DNA from: Bacteroidia bacterium
Lineage (GTDB): Bacteria > Bacteroidota > Bacteroidia > Bacteroidales > UBA7960
Length of the DNA: 64,000 nucleotides
Direction of reading: 5' to 3'
Assembly (NCBI GenBank): GCA_007695305.1
Contig: REEA01000106.1
Location: forward strand, 1,058-65,057
Numbering within the stretch: position 1 is the first letter of the stretch; every line of letters starts with the position of its first letter. Below are positions 59,178 to 64,000 of the stretch, piece after piece. Under the pieces are notes generated by a model. It saw only the letters and a list, made by a program, of their open reading frames with translations, had not been told where the DNA came from and ran no database searches. Both the position numbers and the translations under genes were made by a program.

Positions 59178-59349
59178 AACAGGAGAAATTCTTTGCAGGT
59201 ATTTTATCTTAGGCATAAACATTTAACGATTTCGTTCGTATTACATAACACACGGTTATTAATTGTAGGCAAAACCATTATGGCACTTTCCCGTGCCAAA
59301 GAAGCATATGATCAAATCAAATTGTTGTTTATAAATCAAAAATTGAAGT

Positions 59350-60165
59350 ATGATGAATGCAGAAGAATTATTCAAGATGATGAGTGACGTAAAAATTCAT
59401 GACCTGACCCAGGCGTTGAGTGTGCATACACCGCCCTGGCCGAGTTATGTTCCGTTACAATTACAATATTTCAAGCGAATTGCGGGTGCCCATATGGGTC
59501 AGGGAGCTAATGGACAGATTATGACGTCGAGTCACCATGTTGGCACCCACATTGACGGTGAAATTCATTTTCATTCCAGCGGTCGTTCCATCGGTGATAC
59601 TCCGCTGGATTTCTGGTATGGTCCCGGGGTGGTTGTGGATATTTCCGATGAGGTGGAGGACTATAGTTTGTATTCTCCGGAAATGTTGATGCGCAAAGCA
59701 GATATCCGGGAGGGAGATATTCTTATCATCAATACAGGTTATCACCGTTATGGATGGGATCAGCCAGCGTCTGATGAGTTACGTTATTTTGTAAAGCATC
59801 CCGGGCCGGATCCTGAATTTCACAAATGGGCTTTGGATATGAAAATCAAGTGGATTGGTGTGGACTGCGGCAGTGCAGATCATCCTATGAATACCATTAT
59901 CCGGGATTGGCATCCGAAGCCATTCCGGGAGGCGGAGGCAAAACTAAAGGAAAAGTACGGTAAAACATGGGATGAGATGTTTCCTTTGGAGGAATATTAC
60001 CAGGTGATGCACCTGAAGCTATTCCCGAAAGGACTTGTACATGCCGAGAATGTGGGTGGAGACATCAACAAGGTAAGCAACAAGCGGGTTTGGGTTGGTC
60101 TTTTCCCCCTGAAGGGGATTGAAATGGAATCTTCCATGTGCAGGATAATTGCCATTGAAGGTTAA
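59350..60165 (+). CDS. Cyclase-family metal-dependent hydrolase (kynurenine formamidase / isatin hydrolase-like)
   Basis: The 271-aa protein has an HxGTHxDxxxH motif (SSHHVGTHIDGEIHF). Confidence 0.7.
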   Translation: MMNAEELFKMMSDVKIHDLTQALSVHTPPWPSYVPLQLQYFKRIAGAHMGQGANGQIMTSSHHVGTHIDGEIHFHSSGRSIGDTPLDFWYGPGVVVDISDEVEDYSLYSPEMLMRKADIREGDILIINTGYHRYGWDQPASDELRYFVKHPGPDPEFHKWALDMKIKWIGVDCGSADHPMNTIIRDWHPKPFREAEAKLKEKYGKTWDEMFPLEEYYQVMHLKLFPKGLVHAENVGGDINKVSNKRVWVGLFPLKGIEMESSMCRIIAIEG

Positions 60166-60346
60166 GCTTTCCGGTTCCGGTTTTTTGGGGGCAGACGATT
60201 GTTTGCCGGGCGTCCGGTTTGACCACCCGTCGTAAGGTTGGGGTCAGGTCCCGGGTTCGTACAAATGGTCTTGGCGGCTAAGTGCTGGTTTTCATGCTTT
60301 AAACAGTTGAAGCATTGTATTGAATAGATCACATAATATCACGGAT

Positions 60347-61225
60347 ATGGCTCTTCCTTATGAATTTGATTATGCTAAGCCTGCATCTTTGCAGGATGTC
60401 TTAGTGCTTTTGGCAGAAAAGGGTCGGGGTGCCCGGATACTGGCCGGAGGCACCGATCTTGCCAATGAACTGAAGCAGGGTTTCAGGGTACCGGATGTGC
60501 TTATAGACATCAAAGGTCTGGCTGAGCTTCAAAAGATTGAGATCAGGGATCAGCGTTTAAGCATTGGTGCATTGGTAACTTTTTCCGACATACGTTTGTC
60601 GGGGGTTATCCGGGATCATGCTTATGTTCTTTATGAGGCTGCCGGTCTGGTTGCCTCACCCGGTGTCAGGAACCGTGCCACCATGGTGGGTAATATCTGT
60701 TCAGCTGTTGCATGCATGGACAGTGCCTCGCCTCTGCTCGTGCATAATGCAATGGTACATTGCCTTAGTATGGAGGGTGAGCGTTTGGTACCGGTTCAAA
60801 AGTGGTTTGTTGACAACAGAAAAACGCTGATCAAAGAGAAGGAGTTGGTCACCCATGTAAGTATTCCGCTGTCTTCAGTTAAGTGTGCGGGGGCCTATCA
60901 AAAAATGATGCGTTATACAGGGGAGGATCTTGCCGCTGCCAACGTGGGTGTTTTGCTGTTTGCCGACGGCCGTTGTCATGTTGCTTTTGGTTCGGTTGGG
61001 CCAACACCGAAGCGATCGGCCAAACTGGAGTCTCATTTTAAGACCAAAGGGGTGAACAAGGGCAGCATTGAAGAAGCTTGTGCAATGCTTCCGGGTATCA
61101 TCAAACCCATTTCGGATGTGCGGGCGAGCAAGGAATACCGGATGCACATGACCAAGGTAATGCTTGAAAGGGCTGTGATACAGGCCATTGACAGGCTGAA
61201 GGTGCCAACACTGATAAGGGGTTGA
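60347..61225 (+). CDS. Xanthine dehydrogenase family FAD-binding subunit (CoxM-type)
   Basis: The start FDYAKPASLQDVLVLL, the AGGTDL motif and a CO-dehydrogenase flavoprotein-like C-terminus are present. The ATG at 60347 is preferred over the TTG at 60320. Confidence 0.8.
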   Translation: MALPYEFDYAKPASLQDVLVLLAEKGRGARILAGGTDLANELKQGFRVPDVLIDIKGLAELQKIEIRDQRLSIGALVTFSDIRLSGVIRDHAYVLYEAAGLVASPGVRNRATMVGNICSAVACMDSASPLLVHNAMVHCLSMEGERLVPVQKWFVDNRKTLIKEKELVTHVSIPLSSVKCAGAYQKMMRYTGEDLAAANVGVLLFADGRCHVAFGSVGPTPKRSAKLESHFKTKGVNKGSIEEACAMLPGIIKPISDVRASKEYRMHMTKVMLERAVIQAIDRLKVPTLIRG

Positions 61226-61283
61226 TCTTCTTATCAACATATAACAGAAAAATTGTTTTTTGTGCACAACAAATTCATTAAAA

Positions 61284-61742
61284 ATGAAAAAAATATCTTT
61301 CAGTCTGAATGGTGAGCAACGTTTTGTATATATTACGCCCAATGAGATATTGCTGGATGTACTCCGTTACAAGATGGGCACGAAAAGTCCCAAATGTGGT
61401 TGTGATACCGGTGATTGCGGCGCATGCACTATTTTGCTGAACGGGAAAGCTGTGAGGAGTTGTCTCATTTTTGCCGTGGAGGTGGAATCTCAGGACATTG
61501 TAACCCTTGAGGGTATTTCCCGGGATGGGTTGACGCCTTTGCAGAAAGCATTGATAGAGCACAATGCTTTTCAGTGCGGATACTGTGCTCCGGGCATGAT
61601 ATTGTCGGCGACGGAGTTGATTAACAGCAATCCCCATCCAGGAGAGGAGGAAATAAAAGAAGCCATTTCCGGCAATTTATGCCGGTGTACCGGTTATCAG
61701 CCTGTGATTGATGCCATCAAGCACGCAACCAAAAAGCATTGA
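61284..61742 (+). CDS. (2Fe-2S)-binding small subunit of the XDH-family enzyme (CoxS-type)
   Basis: It has the two cluster motifs CGCDTGDCGACT and CGYCAPGM...CRCTGY. Confidence 0.85.
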   Translation: MKKISFSLNGEQRFVYITPNEILLDVLRYKMGTKSPKCGCDTGDCGACTILLNGKAVRSCLIFAVEVESQDIVTLEGISRDGLTPLQKALIEHNAFQCGYCAPGMILSATELINSNPHPGEEEIKEAISGNLCRCTGYQPVIDAIKHATKKH

Positions 61743-61745
61743 TTT

Positions 61746-64000
61746 ATGGAAAAGCTAAAATATGTTGGCCAGTCATCTGTAAGGATTGATGGCAAAGAAA
61801 AGGTTTCGGGGGCAGCACTTTTCACAGACGATCTTGAGTTTGGGCCGGATCTTCTGTATGCTGAAATTGTTGAAGGGCCTCATGCCCATGCCATGATCAA
61901 CAGTATAGACACTTCGGAGGCTGAGAATATTCCGGAGGTGCTTTGTGTTGTTACCGGCAAGGATTTTCCTTACAATTTTGGTTTATACATGAAGGATCGT
62001 TTCATCTTTGCCCAGGACAGGGTTCGTTTTTTTGGGGAGCAGATAGCTGCGGTGGTTGCCCGCACTCCTGAGGCTGCCAAAAAGGCTGCCAAACTGGTCA
62101 GGGTGAATTATTCGCCTTTGCCGAAGGTTCTCAGCCCAGTTGATGCCGTCAAAAAAGATGCAGACCTGATCCATCCTGACCTGAAGCATTACGAGCATGT
62201 GCCATGGTTTTTTCCGAAGCCGGACAGCAACATTGCCCATCATCGGAAAATCCGGAAGGGAGATGTGGAGAAAGGGTTTGCGGAGGCAGATTATGTGCTG
62301 GATGACACCTATGAGGTGCCGCGGTATGCCCATTGTGCCATTGAGTATCATGCTGCTGTTGCGAAGTATGATCATTCCGGTCGTTTAACCGTATGGGCTT
62401 CGTCGCAGTCGCCCCACACACAGCGCAATCTTTTTGCCAGTGCATTGGCACCCATGGGTATTACACACAATGATGTAAGGGTTATTGCCCCACATGTGGG
62501 TGGTGGTTTTGGTTCGAAGGCCGGTGTAACCATGGAGATCATTGCCGCGGCCATAGCCACGAAGGTTAAGGGTCACCCTGTAAAAGTGCTTTGGAACAGG
62601 GAGCGGGAGTTTTACAATACTTACCAGCGTTTGGGTGTTACTGCAAACCTGAAGGTGGGTGTTAAAAAAGACGGACGGATCACGGCACTTCATCATGAGC
62701 TTTACTGGGACGCCGGTGCCTATGTTGAATATGGTGCCAATGTTGTGAATGCCGTGGGGCTGTCGGCCATTGGACCATACAGGGTAGATAATGCATCCAT
62801 TGACTCCTATTGTGTATATACCAACTTACCTCCGGGCGGGCCTTACAGGGGCTTTGGGTATTCAGAGTTTTTATTTGGTTTGGAGTCGCACATGGAGCGT
62901 ATTGCCAGGCATCTCGGTATTGATCCCGTGGAGATACGCCGGCGCAATGCCATCAAGGCGGGAGATCTCACGGCTTATGGTGCCCGGATGAACCCCAATG
63001 GTTTGCAACAGGCTATCGATGCTGTGGAAAAGGAGATTAGATGGGAAAAGAAGCTTGTTTCCAAAGACCCTGATATTGCCATTGGCAAGGGTTTCTCTCT
63101 GTTCTGGAAAGCACCGGCTATGCCGCCCAATACGTCATCTTCCTGTTTTTTGAAATTCAATGAAGATGCCAGTGTAAACCTGCTGGTGTCGGGTATGGAT
63201 ATCGGGCAGGGTTTTTTAACCGTGATGGCCCAGATTGCCGCGGAGGTTCTGTCTGTTCCCGTTTTCAAGATCAGGACTGAAAACCCCGATACGGATCGTA
63301 ACCCATACGAGTGGCAGACAGTTGCTTCACATGTTACATGGGGTTGTGGTAATGCCGTAAAACTTGCGGCCGTTGACGCACGCAATCAGATACTGGCGTT
63401 GGTATCGCGCACGCATTATTTTCCGGTGGAGACATTATTTCTGGAAGATGAGCAAGTAAAATGTATGACGCGCCCTGACTTTTCTCTTCCGTTGAAGGAT
63501 TTTGTCATTGCCGGCATACAAATGGAGGACGGTACTTTTAAGGGCGGCCCCATAATCGGCAGGGGCGTATTTATGCCCGAATACGCATCCACGAAGGCCA
63601 ATCCGGAGACCAGCCAGGGTGGTCATCCCAACGTGCATTATACGGTGGGGGCTGCCGCAGCGATTATTGAAATTGACCGCAGAACCGGAAAGGTAAAAGT
63701 TAAAAAGATTGTTGAAGCGGTAGACTGCGGGAAAGCCATTAACCCTGATCTTGTGAAAGGTCAGATTACGGGCGGCATCCTTCAGGGGATTTCCACTGTT
63801 TTGTATGAGGAGATGAAGTTTGACCACCGGGCAAAAATGCTCAATCCCAACTTTACTGACTACAAAATACCTACATCTCTTGACTTGCCAGATGAAGTTG
63901 TGCCTATTATCATCGAAGTACCTGAGCCTGATGGTCCTTATGGTGCACGGGGAATGGGTGAGCACACCATGATACCGGTGGCACCCATGATTGCCAATGC
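61746..64000 (+). CDS. XDH-family molybdopterin-binding large subunit (3' end outside window)
   Basis: I hand-translated the frame from the ATG at 61746 and it stays open to the window end, so it is absent from the ORF track. Motifs include MEKLKYVGQSSVRIDGKEKVSG, GGGFGSK and the GMGEH active-site Glu region. Confidence 0.85.
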   Translation, partial: MEKLKYVGQSSVRIDGKEKVSGAALFTDDLEFGPDLLYAEIVEGPHAHAMINSIDTSEAENIPEVLCVVTGKDFPYNFGLYMKDRFIFAQDRVRFFGEQIAAVVARTPEAAKKAAKLVRVNYSPLPKVLSPVDAVKKDADLIHPDLKHYEHVPWFFPKPDSNIAHHRKIRKGDVEKGFAEADYVLDDTYEVPRYAHCAIEYHAAVAKYDHSGRLTVWASSQSPHTQRNLFASALAPMGITHNDVRVIAPHVGGGFGSKAGVTMEIIAAAIATKVKGHPVKVLWNREREFYNTYQRLGVTANLKVGVKKDGRITALHHELYWDAGAYVEYGANVVNAVGLSAIGPYRVDNASIDSYCVYTNLPPGGPYRGFGYSEFLFGLESHMERIARHLGIDPVEIRRRNAIKAGDLTAYGARMNPNGLQQAIDAVEKEIRWEKKLVSKDPDIAIGKGFSLFWKAPAMPPNTSSSCFLKFNEDASVNLLVSGMDIGQGFLTVMAQIAAEVLSVPVFKIRTENPDTDRNPYEWQTVASHVTWGCGNAVKLAAVDARNQILALVSRTHYFPVETLFLEDEQVKCMTRPDFSLPLKDFVIAGIQMEDGTFKGGPIIGRGVFMPEYASTKANPETSQGGHPNVHYTVGAAAAIIEIDRRTGKVKVKKIVEAVDCGKAINPDLVKGQITGGILQGISTVLYEEMKFDHRAKMLNPNFTDYKIPTSLDLPDEVVPIIIEVPEPDGPYGARGMGEHTMIPVAPMIAN

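Noticed and set aside
60240-60262. A tRNA-like T-loop sequence (cccgggttcgtac)
   Set aside because: No complementary T-stem, acceptor stem or anticodon arm can be drawn around it, so it is an isolated resemblance only.
60268-60285. A sigma-54 -24/-12-like sequence (tggcggctaagtgct) upstream of the XDH genes
   Set aside because: The GG-to-GC spacing is one nt shorter than the consensus TGGCAC-N5-TTGC, and the -12 TTGC is absent. The other TGGCAC occurrences in the window are intragenic or mis-spaced.

Overview
The window reads as a core-genome segment of a Bacteroidota chromosome. Supporting signs are a T9SS C-terminal sorting domain, recurrent TAnnTTTG -7 promoter boxes, an archaeal-type ProRS and sigma-54. 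About 55 densely packed genes are mostly housekeeping. They include an EF-G paralog, an AbgT transporter, class II RNR, prfB with its programmed +1 frameshift, recX, RNase G, HU, mutY, ssb, lpxK, Nif3 with its zinc-ribbon partner, proS, fba, asnS, rpoN, recG, tonB and gcvH. A complete sufBCDS-sufE-DUF59 operon, a two-component system, sod, tRNA-Leu(CAA), prs, rplY, pth and pnuC are also present. I found no transposase, integrase, CRISPR array or recognisable defence or toxin-antitoxin module. The candidates most worth a second look are: (1) a right-end catabolic cluster of DUF2877, FdrA, DUF1116 (AllH/F/G-like), a cyclase-family hydrolase and a three-subunit xanthine-dehydrogenase-family molybdoenzyme that runs off the window; (2) a FadL-like outer-membrane barrel paired with a 535-aa lipoprotein that has a His/Trp/Tyr/Gly-rich core and a Ser/Thr/Pro/Arg-rich tail; (3) a ~150-bp noncoding direct repeat present twice, bracketing tRNA-Leu and prs; (4) an EF-G paralog whose GTPase motifs are degenerate, with the catalytic His replaced by Phe; (5) an untracked 29-codon Lys/Arg-rich ORF resembling ribosomal protein bS22. 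All family assignments come from reading motifs in the supplied translations. No database search or RNA folding was run.
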